The position numbers and the translations under genes were made by a program. A stretch of 48,024 bases of DNA from Nitrospirota bacterium (lineage in GTDB: Bacteria > Nitrospirota > UBA9217): NCBI GenBank assembly GCA_029858565.1, contig JAOUEV010000024.1, forward strand, positions 1 to 48,024, read 5' to 3'. The stretch's first letter is position 1. Every line of letters begins with the position of its first letter. Positions 19,438-29,479 of this stretch are shown in pieces. The notes under the pieces are model-generated. The model ran no database searches, was not told the origin of the DNA, and worked only from the letters and a program-made list of their open reading frames with translations.

Positions 19438-20514
19438 ATGTTTAAAAAACTCGAAGCTGTTGCGGGAAAATACGACGAACTGACGCGGCTCCTGGCCGAT
19501 CCCTCGGTAGCCGCCGACCACCAGAAGTACCAGAAGTACTCCAAGGAACGGTCGGATATCGAGGATGTGGTCCTGCAGTACCGGGCCTATCGGGACGTCC
19601 TGCGCCAGATCAAGGAAGCCACGGAGATCAGCCAGGACAAGTCCGCAGATCCGGAAATGCGGTCCATGGCGGATTCCGAGCTCAAGGACCTTGAGCCCCG
19701 GGTCCCGCTGATGGAACAGGAACTGCGGCTGCTGCTGGTGCCGAAGGATCCCCGTGACGACAAGAACATCTTCCTCGAGATCCGGGCGGGCGCGGGCGGC
19801 GACGAGGCCGGGCTGTTCGCTGCGGAACTGTTCCGGATGTACTCCCGCTATGCCGAGAAGAAGCGCTGGAAGGTCACGTTGCTCGATATGAGCACTACCG
19901 GCGTGGGCGGCGCAAAAGAGATCGTTGCCCAGATCCAGGGCAAGGGTGTGTTCAGCCGTCTCAAGTACGAGAGCGGTGTCCACCGGGTGCAGCGCGTACC
20001 CGCCACGGAATCCGCGGGCAGGATTCACACATCGACCGTGACCGTTGCCGTGATCCCCGAAGCCGAGGATGTGGACGTCCAGATCGAGCAGAAGGACCTT
20101 CGCATCGATACCTACTGCTCTTCCGGTCCCGGCGGCCAGAGCGTGAACACGACCTATTCTGCGGTCCGCATCACCCATATTCCCACGGGCGAGGTGGTGG
20201 CCTGCCAGGACGAGCGTTCCCAGCTCAAGAACCGTGAAAAGGCCATGAAGATCCTCAAATCGAGGATCCTTGAGAAAGAGCGGGAAAAGCGCGAGGCCGA
20301 GCAGGCCGCGGAGCGGAAGTCCCAGGTGGGCACCGGCGACCGCAGCGAGAAGATCAGGACCTACAATTTTCCCCAGAGCCGGGTGACGGACCATCGGGTA
20401 GGCGTGTCGCTCTACAAGATCGACGCGGTCATGGATGGCGATATCGACGAGTTCATCGACGGCCTGACCGCACATGACAACGCGGAGCGGCTGCAGCAGA
20501 TGGAAGTGAAGTGA
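19438..20514 (+). CDS. prfA: Peptide chain release factor 1
   Basis: EIRAGAGG.EA, HRVQRVP.TE, PAT tripeptide, GGQ, RTYNFPQ. Confidence 0.98.
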   Translation: MFKKLEAVAGKYDELTRLLADPSVAADHQKYQKYSKERSDIEDVVLQYRAYRDVLRQIKEATEISQDKSADPEMRSMADSELKDLEPRVPLMEQELRLLLVPKDPRDDKNIFLEIRAGAGGDEAGLFAAELFRMYSRYAEKKRWKVTLLDMSTTGVGGAKEIVAQIQGKGVFSRLKYESGVHRVQRVPATESAGRIHTSTVTVAVIPEAEDVDVQIEQKDLRIDTYCSSGPGGQSVNTTYSAVRITHIPTGEVVACQDERSQLKNREKAMKILKSRILEKEREKREAEQAAERKSQVGTGDRSEKIRTYNFPQSRVTDHRVGVSLYKIDAVMDGDIDEFIDGLTAHDNAERLQQMEVK

Positions 20515-20518
20515 TCAA

Positions 20519-20589
20519 ATTGCGGATTTCGGATTGCGGATTGCAGATTGAACTGAAAAATCCGAAATCTACAATCCGCAATCCGCAAT
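20519..20589. repeat. Inverted tandem-repeat element, 7-mer ATTGCGG type
   Basis: ATTGCGG ATTTCGG ATTGCGG ATTGCAG...AATCCGA AATCTAC AATCCGC AATCCGC AAT. Confidence 0.9.
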
Positions 20590-20594
20590 CGAAC

Positions 20595-21479
20595 GTGACC
20601 ATATCTGAGATCATAGCAACGGCGGCTGCCCGGCTGGCGGCGCACAAGATCGAGAACAGCCGGCTTGATGCCGAAGTGCTTCTCGGTCATGTCCTGAACC
20701 GGGACCGTGCGTGGCTTATCGCCCACTACCCGGACCAGATCAGCGACAGCGAGATGCAGTACTACGAACACCTGGTCGAACGCAGGGCGGTCCGCGAACC
20801 GCTTCAATACATCACCGCGAAGCAGGAGTTTTGGGGCCTGGACTTCCTGGTTACTCCCGATGTCCTGATCCCCCGGCCCGAGACGGAACTGGTGGTGGAA
20901 AACGCGCGTTCCCTTTTGCGGGATGCGCTGCGGCCGGTGGTCATCGATCTTTGCACCGGATCGGGCTGTATCGCCATCTGCCTGGCCCGTGAGCTGACCA
21001 CTGCCCGGATCTTTGCGACCGACCGTTCGGCTGAAGCGCTGACCGTGGCACGGACCAATGCCAACCATCATGGCGTTGAGCAGCGGATACGGTTCATCGA
21101 AGGAGACCTGTTCGGCCCCTTGAACGTGGCGGATATGGACGGCTCAGTCAGCGTCATTACGGCGAATCCGCCTTACGTGCCGATCGGCGATATGGCGGGT
21201 CTCCAGCCGGAGGTGCGGGACTTCGAACCGGAGCTGGCGCTCCTGGCCGGACCCGAGGGTACCGAGGTTGCGGGAAGGATCATTTCCGAGGCTCCGCGGT
21301 ATCTGCGCTCAGGCGGCAGCCTTGTCATGGAATTCGGCATGGGACAGGCCGGGGTGCTGCGGGGGATGGCGGACAGAACTGGTGCTTACTCGACAATCGA
21401 TGTTCTTAAGGATCTGGCAGGGATCGATCGGGTCCTTGTCGCGGCAAAGAAGCAAAATTTTGATACGGATGCACGCTGA
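20595..21479 (+). CDS. prmC: Release factor glutamine methyltransferase (alternative in-frame start 20511)
   Basis: EPLQYI, VLIPRPETE, DLCTGSGCIA, NPPY, KDLAG.DR. Confidence 0.95.
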   Translation: MTISEIIATAAARLAAHKIENSRLDAEVLLGHVLNRDRAWLIAHYPDQISDSEMQYYEHLVERRAVREPLQYITAKQEFWGLDFLVTPDVLIPRPETELVVENARSLLRDALRPVVIDLCTGSGCIAICLARELTTARIFATDRSAEALTVARTNANHHGVEQRIRFIEGDLFGPLNVADMDGSVSVITANPPYVPIGDMAGLQPEVRDFEPELALLAGPEGTEVAGRIISEAPRYLRSGGSLVMEFGMGQAGVLRGMADRTGAYSTIDVLKDLAGIDRVLVAAKKQNFDTDAR

Positions 21480-21552
21480 TGGACACGGATGGAGGCATAT
21501 CAAGGATCCAGGATGTTGATGCATCCGTGCGCATCGGTGTATATCCGCGGCC
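21462..21552. repeat. Inverted tandem-repeat element, 10-mer type (ACGGATGSAC)
   Basis: ACGGATGCAC GCTGATGGAC ACGGATG...CATCCGTGCG CATCGGTGTA TATCCGCGG; contains the prmC stop. Confidence 0.85.
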
Positions 21553-21567
21553 GACAGGTTTGAAGTT

Positions 21568-22815
21568 ATGAAAAGTATTGTCATCAACGGCGGCAGAAAG
21601 TTGTCCGGCGAGGTTTCGATCAGCGGATCGAAGAACGCGGCGCTGCCGATCATCGCGGCTTCGCTCTTGTGCGAGGGCGAACACCGTATCGCAAATGTCC
21701 CGTCGCTGGTGGACGTGAAGACCCTTGCGAAGATCATGCGCAACATGGGAGTTTCCGTTGAGCTGACGGACCACGAGGCGGTCATTGATTCGACCAGGCT
21801 CGCAAGTCCCGAGGCTCCCTATGACCTTGTCCGTACCATGCGCGCGTCGGTCCTGGTGCTGGGTCCGCTCGTGGCGCGCTTTGGCAAGGCCCGGGTCTCC
21901 CTGCCAGGCGGCTGCGCCATCGGCGCCCGGCCGGTGAACCTGCATATCATGGGGCTCGAAAAAATGGGCGCCGAGGTCTCGATCGAACACGGCTATATCG
22001 AAGCGAAGGCAAAACGGCTCAGCGGGGCCCAGATCTATTTCGATATTGTGACCGTAACCGGCACCGAGAACCTGATGATGGCGGCTGCTCTGGCGGACGG
22101 CGAGACGGTCCTGGAGAACGCGGCAAAAGAACCGGAGGTCGTCGATCTCGCGAACGCACTGATCCAGATGGGTGCGCGGATCGAAGGCGCGGGGACCGAT
22201 ATCATCAGGATCAAGGGTGTTGAGAAGCTCCGTCCCATGGATCACCGGGTGCTACCCGATCGTATCGAGACCGGAACATTCATCATTGCCGGCGCGATCA
22301 CCAGCGGGAATATCGTTATCAGGAACTGCGCGCCCCAGCATCTGGACGCGCTCCTGTCAAAGGTCTCAGAGGCCGGCGCGCAGATCGCGGTCGACAAGGA
22401 TATTATCAGGGTCACGGGGACCGGCGGCATCAAACCGGTGAACGTCAAGACCCTGCCGCATCCGGGATTTCCCACGGACATGCAGGCCCAGATCATGAGC
22501 CTCATGTGCCTGGCCAGGGGCACGAGCGTCATCAATGAGACGATCTTCGAGAACCGGTTCACCCACGTTGCGGAACTGCGGCGCATGGGCGCGGACATCG
22601 TGATCGAGGGCGGCAGCGCCATTGTCAAGGGCGTGCCGAAGCTTCTGGGCGCTCCGGTCATGGCAACGGACCTGCGGGCGAGCGCATCGCTCATCCTCGC
22701 AGGCTTGGCTGCCGAGGGACAGACCGTGATATCGCGCATCTATCACCTGGACCGCGGATACGAGGACATCGAAGGGAAACTGTCGGCGCTGGGAGCGGAC
22801 GTTAAGAGAGTCTGA
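21568..22815 (+). CDS. murA: UDP-N-acetylglucosamine 1-carboxyvinyltransferase
   Basis: [40 protein letters not shown]. Confidence 0.98.
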   Translation: MKSIVINGGRKLSGEVSISGSKNAALPIIAASLLCEGEHRIANVPSLVDVKTLAKIMRNMGVSVELTDHEAVIDSTRLASPEAPYDLVRTMRASVLVLGPLVARFGKARVSLPGGCAIGARPVNLHIMGLEKMGAEVSIEHGYIEAKAKRLSGAQIYFDIVTVTGTENLMMAAALADGETVLENAAKEPEVVDLANALIQMGARIEGAGTDIIRIKGVEKLRPMDHRVLPDRIETGTFIIAGAITSGNIVIRNCAPQHLDALLSKVSEAGAQIAVDKDIIRVTGTGGIKPVNVKTLPHPGFPTDMQAQIMSLMCLARGTSVINETIFENRFTHVAELRRMGADIVIEGGSAIVKGVPKLLGAPVMATDLRASASLILAGLAAEGQTVISRIYHLDRGYEDIEGKLSALGADVKRV

Positions 22816-22818
22816 AGC

Positions 22819-22869
22819 AATTGCGGATTGCGGAATGCGGATTAAAATCCGCAATCCGAAATCCGAAAT
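22819..22869. repeat. Inverted tandem-repeat element, 7-mer ATTGCGG type
   Basis: ATTGCGGATTGCGGAATGCGGATT-AA-AATCCGCAATCCGAAATCCGAAAT. Confidence 0.9.
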
Positions 22870-22881
22870 GGGAAGGGTTTT

Positions 22882-24174
22882 ATGAAGATCATCGATTCGC
22901 AGCAAAAGGACATCCAGGCCGAGCTCAAGCGCATCATCAACCGCGGCGAGTCCGCTACGGAAGAAGTAGCCGTGACGGTCAAGGAGGTCGTGGAGCGCGT
23001 GCGCAAGGAAGGGGACCCCGCGGTCCTGGAGTACACCGAGAAGTTCGACCGCGTGACGCTGACCCTGAAGGACATCCGGGTCACTCCTGAGGAGATCAAG
23101 GACGCCTATGCCAAGGTCGACCTGAAAAAGGTCGACGCCTTGAAGCTCGCGGCGCAGAACATCCGGACCTTCCATGAAAAGCAGAAGATCACTTCCTGGG
23201 TCAGCCAGGAGGCTGACGGGGTCATTCTCGGCCAGCTTGCCCGACCCATCAGGAGCGCCGGTGTCTACGTGCCCGGCGGCAAGGCCTGCTATCCTTCGTC
23301 GGTGCTGATGAACGTGATCCCGGCCAAGGTCGCCGGAGTGGAGCAGCTGGTGATGTGCTCGCCCGTGCCGGGCGGGATCATGAATCCCTATATTCTCGTG
23401 GCAGCGGACATTGCCGGCGTTTCGGAGATCTACAAGATCGGCGGAGCCCAGGCGATCGCGGCCATGGCCTATGGAACTGCCACGATCCCGAAAGTTGACA
23501 AGATCGTCGGTCCGGGGAACATCTATGTGGCAACGGCAAAACGCTATGTCTTCGGCCAGGTGGACATCGACATGATCGCCGGGCCGAGCGAAGTGCTGGT
23601 CATTGCCGATGAAAGCGCGGACCCGGTGTTCGTTGCTTCGGACCTTCTCTCCCAGGCGGAGCATGATGAGCTGGCCTCGGCCATCCTGGTCACGCCGTCG
23701 CGCGCGCTTGCTGATAAGGTGGACGCGGAAGTGGACCGCCAGATGGCGAGCCTCATCAGGAAAGAGATCGCCCGCAAGGCCATCGACCGGTTCGGCATGA
23801 TCGTGCTCGTCAAGGACCTTGCCGAGGCCGCTGACGTTTCCAACTCCATCGCGCCGGAACACCTGGAGCTGTCCGTTGAGAAGCCCTTCGAACTGCTGAG
23901 CCTTGTCAAGAACGCCGGCGCGATATTCCTGGGCCACTACACGCCCGAGTCCGTGGGCGATTACGTCGCCGGGCCGAACCACGTGCTTCCCACGGGCGGC
24001 ACGGCCCGGTTCTTCTCGCCGCTTTCCACGGACAGCTTTATGAAGAAGTCCAGCCTGCTGTTCTATACCAAAGAGGGGCTGGACAAGGTGGGCGAGGCAG
24101 TGATGCAGATCGCCGATGTGGAGGGCCTGGAAGCGCACGGGAATACCATCAAGGTGAGGATGGGAAAGCGCTGA
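22882..24174 (+). CDS. hisD: Histidinol dehydrogenase
   Basis: YVPGG, GGAQAIAA.AYG, IDMIAGPSE, SQAEH, APEHLE, GPNHVLPT. Confidence 0.98.
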   Translation: MKIIDSQQKDIQAELKRIINRGESATEEVAVTVKEVVERVRKEGDPAVLEYTEKFDRVTLTLKDIRVTPEEIKDAYAKVDLKKVDALKLAAQNIRTFHEKQKITSWVSQEADGVILGQLARPIRSAGVYVPGGKACYPSSVLMNVIPAKVAGVEQLVMCSPVPGGIMNPYILVAADIAGVSEIYKIGGAQAIAAMAYGTATIPKVDKIVGPGNIYVATAKRYVFGQVDIDMIAGPSEVLVIADESADPVFVASDLLSQAEHDELASAILVTPSRALADKVDAEVDRQMASLIRKEIARKAIDRFGMIVLVKDLAEAADVSNSIAPEHLELSVEKPFELLSLVKNAGAIFLGHYTPESVGDYVAGPNHVLPTGGTARFFSPLSTDSFMKKSSLLFYTKEGLDKVGEAVMQIADVEGLEAHGNTIKVRMGKR

Positions 24175-24179
24175 TCTGC

Positions 24180-24283
24180 AACCACAGATGAACACGGGTA
24201 CGGCGTTGCCGTACACACCGATAATCCTTACGACCGTGTTAATCCGTGGTTATAATTGACTTCATCTGTGTTAATCTGTGGTT
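24180..24283. repeat. Inverted tandem-repeat element, 10-mer type, with duplicated right arm
   Basis: AACCACAGATGAACACGG...ACCGTGTTAATCCGTGGTT...ATCTGTGTTAATCTGTGGTT. Confidence 0.8.
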
Positions 24284-24298
24284 CCTGGGGAGTGTAAA

Positions 24299-25222
24299 AT
24301 GTCTATAAAATCGAAAAAGAAAATTACCAAGCCTGCGGTTGCGCCTTTCGGCCAGCGGCTCAAGCTCGGCCTGCCCAAGGGCAGTTTGCAGGAGTCCACG
24401 TTCAAGCTCTTCGGCAAGGCGGGATATCGGCTCCAGGTGAGCTCACGGAGCTACTATCCGTCGATAGACGATCCGGACATCGACTGCATCATGGTCCGGG
24501 CGCAGGAAATGGCCAGGTATGTGGACAGCGGGATCTTCGATGTGGGCCTCACGGGCAAGGACTGGATCCTGGAGCAGAACGCAGACGTGGTGGAGGTTGC
24601 GGAGCTGCGCTATGCCAAGGGCGGCCTGAATCCGGTGCGCTGGGTCGTTGCCGTGCCCGAGGATTCCAGGATCAGGACCATCAAGGATCTGAAGGGCAAG
24701 CGTATTGCCACGGAACTGGTGGGCTATACCAAGCGCTATCTAAAATCAAAAGGCGTGACCGCGAATGTGGAATTCTCCTGGGGCGCCACGGAAGTAAAAC
24801 CGCCGCAATTGGCCGATGCGATCGTGGAGCTGACCGAGACCGGTTCCTCGCTCCGGGCGAACAAACTCCGGATCGTCGAAGTGATGCTCGAGTCCACGAC
24901 CCGCCTCATCGCGAACAAGAAGGCCTGGAACGATCCCTGGCGCAGGAAGAAGATCGAGAACATGTCCATGCTGCTCCAGGGCGCTCTTGCCGCAGAGGAG
25001 AAGGTCGGTCTTAAGATGAACGTGCCGAAGAAGGCATTGAAGGAGATCTGCGGCATCCTTCCTGCCATGCACTCTCCCACGATCTCGCACCAGGCCGACC
25101 CCGAGTGGGTCAGCCTTGAGGTCATGCTTGACGAGAAGCAGGCCCGGAACCTGATCCCCCGGCTCAAACGCAGGGGTGCTTCCGGGATCATTGAGTATCC
25201 CCTGAACAAAGTTATCCCCTAA
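24299..25222 (+). CDS. hisG: ATP phosphoribosyltransferase, long form
   Basis: LPKGSL, RAQEM, D.GLTGKD, IATE, WGATE, TETGSSL..N; C-terminal regulatory domain. Confidence 0.95.
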   Translation: MSIKSKKKITKPAVAPFGQRLKLGLPKGSLQESTFKLFGKAGYRLQVSSRSYYPSIDDPDIDCIMVRAQEMARYVDSGIFDVGLTGKDWILEQNADVVEVAELRYAKGGLNPVRWVVAVPEDSRIRTIKDLKGKRIATELVGYTKRYLKSKGVTANVEFSWGATEVKPPQLADAIVELTETGSSLRANKLRIVEVMLESTTRLIANKKAWNDPWRRKKIENMSMLLQGALAAEEKVGLKMNVPKKALKEICGILPAMHSPTISHQADPEWVSLEVMLDEKQARNLIPRLKRRGASGIIEYPLNKVIP

Positions 25223-25228
25223 ATGCGA

Positions 25229-25255
25229 AGGGCGGCCTTATGGCCGCCCTTTTTT
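25229..25255 (+). terminator. Intrinsic terminator
   Basis: AGGGCGGCCTTATGGCCGCCCTTTTTT. Confidence 0.85.
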
Positions 25256-25331
25256 GTGAGGCGAGAAGAACGTATTCTGTTCAAGAAGCGAGGAATTGCA
25301 CAATGAGGAATTGAGACCTCGTGCCTGTCCG

Positions 25332-25976
25332 TCATCCCTTCCTGATCTGCACATCCCGGTAATTGTCCTCCAGGTCTTCTTTTAAGCCCCTGTAATTTCC
25401 CATCTCCGTTGTTCTTATAACGATCTTTCGGAATCCCTCTTTCACTCCTTCGTAAGAGGTCAGTATCCCCTGGAGGTGGAAATTATGCCGTCGGACAATG
25501 TCCGCAACCTCGCGGATCGAGCCCGGCCGGTCCTCGATGGTCACGCAAATGCGGTGGCCGCCGTGGCGTACGCCGGTGATGTCCACCATCGCCCGGTAGA
25601 TGTCCCGGTCCGAGATGATGCCGCACAGACACCCGTTGTCAAGCACCGGGAGGCAGCCGATGTTATTGTCCAGCATGATCATTGCCGCCTCCTCGACAGG
25701 CGTGTCGGGCGTCGTCGTGATCACCTTCGGCCGCATGACATCCTTGATCCTGGTATTGGCGAGAAGGTAGTGCAGTTCGTAGATGTCGAGGGTCGTTGCC
25801 TTGGACGGGCTGAACTCCTTGATGTCCCGGTCCGAGAGGATGCCCTTTACCTTGCTGCCCTTGACGATCGGCAGGTGCTTGATGCCCTTTTCCTTCATCA
25901 CGGCGATGGCATTGGACAGAAAATCATGACTTTCCAGGGTGTATACCTTTTGGGTCATCCAGTCGGATACGTACAT
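25332..25976 (-). CDS. acuB: CBS + ACT domain protein (AcuB-like)
   Basis: Two CBS domains, SPSKATTLDIYELHYLL, EDRPG ACT motif. Confidence 0.85.
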   Translation of the reverse strand: MYVSDWMTQKVYTLESHDFLSNAIAVMKEKGIKHLPIVKGSKVKGILSDRDIKEFSPSKATTLDIYELHYLLANTRIKDVMRPKVITTTPDTPVEEAAMIMLDNNIGCLPVLDNGCLCGIISDRDIYRAMVDITGVRHGGHRICVTIEDRPGSIREVADIVRRHNFHLQGILTSYEGVKEGFRKIVIRTTEMGNYRGLKEDLEDNYRDVQIRKG

Positions 25977-25995
25977 GGCCTGCCTCCGTTCTCCT

Positions 25996-26700
25996 TCACA
26001 TTCCCAGATAGGCGGTCTTGACGTGCGGATCGCTCAACAGGTCCTTGCCCGTGCCTTGCATCGAGACCTTTCCGTGCTCCAGCACGTAGGCCCGGTCTGC
26101 GATGGCAAGTGTCTGCTTCACATTCTGCTCAACGATCAGGACCGTCGCACCTTCCGACCGGATCTTCCTGATGACATCGAAGATCTCCCGGACAAGGATG
26201 GGCGCCAGGCCCAGCGATGGTTCGTCGAACATCAGGAGCTTGGGCAGGGACATGAGCCCCCTGCCGATGGCGACCATCTGTTGCTCCCCGCCGGACAGCG
26301 TCCCGGCCAGCTGCTTTCTGCGCTCGCTCAGCCGCGGAAAGAGCGCGAACACCATCTCTTTGGTCTGAGCACGCTTCCTTTTCGCATCTCCCCGCAAGGA
26401 ACCCATGTCCAGGTTCTCCTCCACGGTCATTTCCACAAAGAGCCTGCGGGCCTCGGGGCAGAGCGCCATGCCCCGCTCGATACGATGGAACGACTCAACA
26501 GGCCCCAGGTCCTCGTTGTTGAACATGATCGTGCCGTTCCTCGGGCGAAGGAGCCCGGAGACCGTTTTGAGGGTCGTGGATTTGCCCGCACCGTTCGCGC
26601 CTATGAGCGCGACGACCTCTCCCTGTTTGACGTTGAAGGAGATGTCCCAGATGACCTGGACGTCGCCGTAGGAGACATCGATGTTCCTTACTTCAAGCAC
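25996..26700 (-). CDS. livF: Branched-chain amino acid ABC ATPase
   Basis: GANGAGKST, LSGGEQQM, DEPSLGLAP, VEQN. Confidence 0.92.
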   Translation of the reverse strand: MLEVRNIDVSYGDVQVIWDISFNVKQGEVVALIGANGAGKSTTLKTVSGLLRPRNGTIMFNNEDLGPVESFHRIERGMALCPEARRLFVEMTVEENLDMGSLRGDAKRKRAQTKEMVFALFPRLSERRKQLAGTLSGGEQQMVAIGRGLMSLPKLLMFDEPSLGLAPILVREIFDVIRKIRSEGATVLIVEQNVKQTLAIADRAYVLEHGKVSMQGTGKDLLSDPHVKTAYLGM

Positions 26701-27415
26701 TCTGCGCCTCTCCCAGATAGGCCTCTATCACCTGCGGATTCTTCCCGATATCCGCCGGCGTGCCTTCGGCTATCTTCTCGCCGTAGTTCAGCACCACGAT
26801 CCGGTCCGAAATGGACATGATGACCCGCATGTGGTGCTCGATGATCATGATGGTAATACCCCGGTCCTTGATCTTCCTGATGATGCCGATGGAATCTTCC
26901 AGTTCCGACGGATTCAGCCCGGCGAAGGATTCATCAAGCAGCAGCAGCTCGGGCCGGGTCGCGAGCGCGCGGGCGATCTCGAGCCGCTTGCGCTTGCCCA
27001 GCGGGAGGCCTTTCGAGATCACGTCGCGGTTCGCTGCAAGGCCGGTGAACGTCAGGACCTCGTCGGCGATCCCCTCGGCCTCGGCCTTGTTCTTCGCGCG
27101 CAGGAATGCCGAGGCAATGACATTGTCCTGCACCGACATCCGCTGGAGCGGTTTGACCACCTGGAACGTGCGGGCCATGCCGCGTTTGCAGATCTGGTGG
27201 GGTTTGAGGCCCGAGATGCGTTCACCCTTGAACAGGACCTCGCCGCGGGAAGGGGCATGGAAACCGTTCACCACGTTGAACATCGTGGTCTTTCCCGCGC
27301 CGTTCGGACCGATGAGGCCGAGGATCTCTCCCTTGGTGATCTCGAACGTGACATCCTTCACTGCGGTGATGCCGCCGAAGAACCGGGAGACCTTTTTGAC
27401 CTCAAGAAGGCTCAT
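26693..27415 (-). CDS. livG: Branched-chain amino acid ABC ATPase
   Basis: FGG..AV, GPNGAGKTT, ARTFQ, IEH, EAYLG. Confidence 0.92.
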   Translation of the reverse strand: MSLLEVKKVSRFFGGITAVKDVTFEITKGEILGLIGPNGAGKTTMFNVVNGFHAPSRGEVLFKGERISGLKPHQICKRGMARTFQVVKPLQRMSVQDNVIASAFLRAKNKAEAEGIADEVLTFTGLAANRDVISKGLPLGKRKRLEIARALATRPELLLLDESFAGLNPSELEDSIGIIRKIKDRGITIMIIEHHMRVIMSISDRIVVLNYGEKIAEGTPADIGKNPQVIEAYLGEAQSA

Positions 27416-28353
27416 GGCGCCGCCTTCCTGGTCCGGAAGAGATTCCGGATCTTGGAAAAGTCACCCACGATGCCGTTGGGCAGGAATATGATGATGACGA
27501 TCAGCAGCACGCCGAAGAGGGTGTGATGGGCCGTACCCAGCTTGGGGATCGACCGGATCAACTCGGCAAGGAGGACCATGATCACTGCCCCGACGACGGG
27601 GCCTGCGCTGGTCGCGGCGCCGCCGACCATGACCACCATGATCGTGATGATCGATATGTCGTGGAGCGCGAAGACCACCTTGGGGTCGATGTACCCCATG
27701 TAGTTCATGTAGAAGGCGCCGGCCAGGCCGGTAATGACCCCGGAGATCACCAGCGCGATGGTCTTGTATCTGGTCGTGTCAATGCCGAGCGATTCGGCGG
27801 CGTCCTGGTCTTCGCGGATGGCCACGAAATAGTACCCGAGCTTTGAGCCGATGATCTTTTTCACGGCGACAAAGGCGCCGACCGCCATGAGAAGAATGAT
27901 GTAGTAGTACCACGTCTTGTCGATCCAGGTGCGCTTGTCCAGCTGGATGCCCACGTCACCGTTGGTCAGGCCGACGAGGTTCTCCGCGGTGATGCGCATG
28001 ATCACCCCGATGGACAGGGTGGCGAGGGCGAAGTAGGGGCCGCGCAGCCGCAGGCAGATATATCCCAGCAGGAGGGCAAAGAGCGCCACCACGAACACGC
28101 TCGCCGGGATGCCCCACCAGGCCGAGAGGTGAAGCTTGTTGTAGAGCATCGCCGCGGTGTAGGCGCCGACTCCGAAGAACGCGGCGTGGCCGAAGGAGAC
28201 CTGGCCGCAATAGCCGCCGAGCAGGTTCCAGGCCATGCCGATCACCGACCACATGATCACCAGGATGGCGATGTGCATCCAGTAGGAGCTCAGGCCCAGG
28301 AGCGGCAGGACCGCGAGGATCGTCAGAGTTATGTAAGGAAGATAGGTTTTCAT
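27412..28353 (-). CDS. livM: Branched-chain amino acid ABC permease
   Basis: GQVSFGHAAFFGVGAY, RLRGPYFALATL, AIREDQDAAESLG. Confidence 0.9.
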   Translation of the reverse strand: MKTYLPYITLTILAVLPLLGLSSYWMHIAILVIMWSVIGMAWNLLGGYCGQVSFGHAAFFGVGAYTAAMLYNKLHLSAWWGIPASVFVVALFALLLGYICLRLRGPYFALATLSIGVIMRITAENLVGLTNGDVGIQLDKRTWIDKTWYYYIILLMAVGAFVAVKKIIGSKLGYYFVAIREDQDAAESLGIDTTRYKTIALVISGVITGLAGAFYMNYMGYIDPKVVFALHDISIITIMVVMVGGAATSAGPVVGAVIMVLLAELIRSIPKLGTAHHTLFGVLLIVIIIFLPNGIVGDFSKIRNLFRTRKAAP

Positions 28354-28362
28354 AAAAATCTA

Positions 28363-28445
28363 TTTAGACACTGAGGACACTGAAAAAATAGGAAAAAGCA
28401 ATAAGCAGAGTTACCAACGATTCTTCAGTGTCCTCCGTGTCAAAA
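28363..28445. repeat. Inverted tandem-repeat element, 9-mer type (sister of 10462-10542)
   Basis: GACACTGAGGACACTGA...TCAGTGTCCTCCGTGTC. Confidence 0.85.
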
Positions 28446-28457
28446 AACTGTTTTGCA

Positions 28458-29387
28458 TCATTTCCCCAGCTTCCTGCTCCTGAGCAGCGACGCCACGCCA
28501 CCGGGGATAAAGATCAGCACGGCAACGAAGATCATGAACCTGCCGACGGGCGCCCAGCCCATGCCGATATAGGTCGCTGTCAGGGACTCGAATATTCCGA
28601 GGATCAGGCCGCCGATGATCGCGCCGACCGTGGAACCCAGGCCGCCCAGGATGGTGATCACAAAGGAGATGAGCGTGAACTGGCCGCCGATGTCGGGATA
28701 GATGTAGTAGATCGGGATGAACAGGCACCCTGCGGTGCCCACGAGGGCCGAGCCGATGCCGAAGGTGATGACCCGCATCCGCTGGACATTCACGCCCATG
28801 AGCTGTGCCGCGTCCAGGTCCTGCGCCGTGGCGCGTATGGATTTGCCGGTATCCGTCCTGGTCAGGAAGAACCAGAGCCCGGCGGTGATCAGGAGCGCCA
28901 CGGTGAACGAGACCGTCCAGGGCAGGGACAGGGATATGTCGACCGGCGAGTCCTTCCAGTAGTCGCGGAGGTACCACGCCTTGGTGGCATAGGGAACAGG
29001 GGTCTGGCGGTAGTCGGACTGGAAAATGATGGTCGCGAGGTTCGCCAGCACCATGCCGATGCCGACCGTAAGGATCACCTGGTTCTCCGGGATGATCGCC
29101 TCGACGCGCAGCACCGGGTTGATCAGGAATTTCTGGATAGCCACGCCCAAGAGGAACAGGGCCGGCGCGGCAACGAGGATGGACAGGTACGGATCGATAT
29201 GGAACGCCGAGAACAGGACGTAGGCGATGTACATGGCCACCATCATGAGCTCGCCGTGAGCGAGATTGATGATCTTCATCACGCCCATGATGATGGTCAT
29301 GCCGATACCGATCAGCGCGTAGAGCCCGCCGAGCAGAATGCCGGAGATGAGCGTCTGGAGCAAAACTTCCAACTGGATAGAGGACAT
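28458..29387 (-). CDS. livH: Branched-chain amino acid ABC permease
   Basis: GGLYAL, INLAHGE, G..IRA.AQD..AA.LMGVN, LGGLGS; SD GAGG before 29387. Confidence 0.9.
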   Translation of the reverse strand: MSSIQLEVLLQTLISGILLGGLYALIGIGMTIIMGVMKIINLAHGELMMVAMYIAYVLFSAFHIDPYLSILVAAPALFLLGVAIQKFLINPVLRVEAIIPENQVILTVGIGMVLANLATIIFQSDYRQTPVPYATKAWYLRDYWKDSPVDISLSLPWTVSFTVALLITAGLWFFLTRTDTGKSIRATAQDLDAAQLMGVNVQRMRVITFGIGSALVGTAGCLFIPIYYIYPDIGGQFTLISFVITILGGLGSTVGAIIGGLILGIFESLTATYIGMGWAPVGRFMIFVAVLIFIPGGVASLLRSRKLGK

Positions 29388-29402
29388 GAAAACCTCAAAT
29401 GC

Positions 29403-29476
29403 ACTGCGGAATGCGGAAAGCGGAATGCGGAGTGAGAGGCGAAGGATCACAACTTCGCACTCGCCACTCCGCACTT
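29403..29476. repeat. Inverted tandem-repeat element, 7-mer AATGCGG type
   Basis: ACTGCGG AATGCGG AAAGCGG AATGCGG AGTG...TTCGCAC TCGCCAC TCCGCAC. Confidence 0.8.
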
Positions 29477-29479
29477 AAC

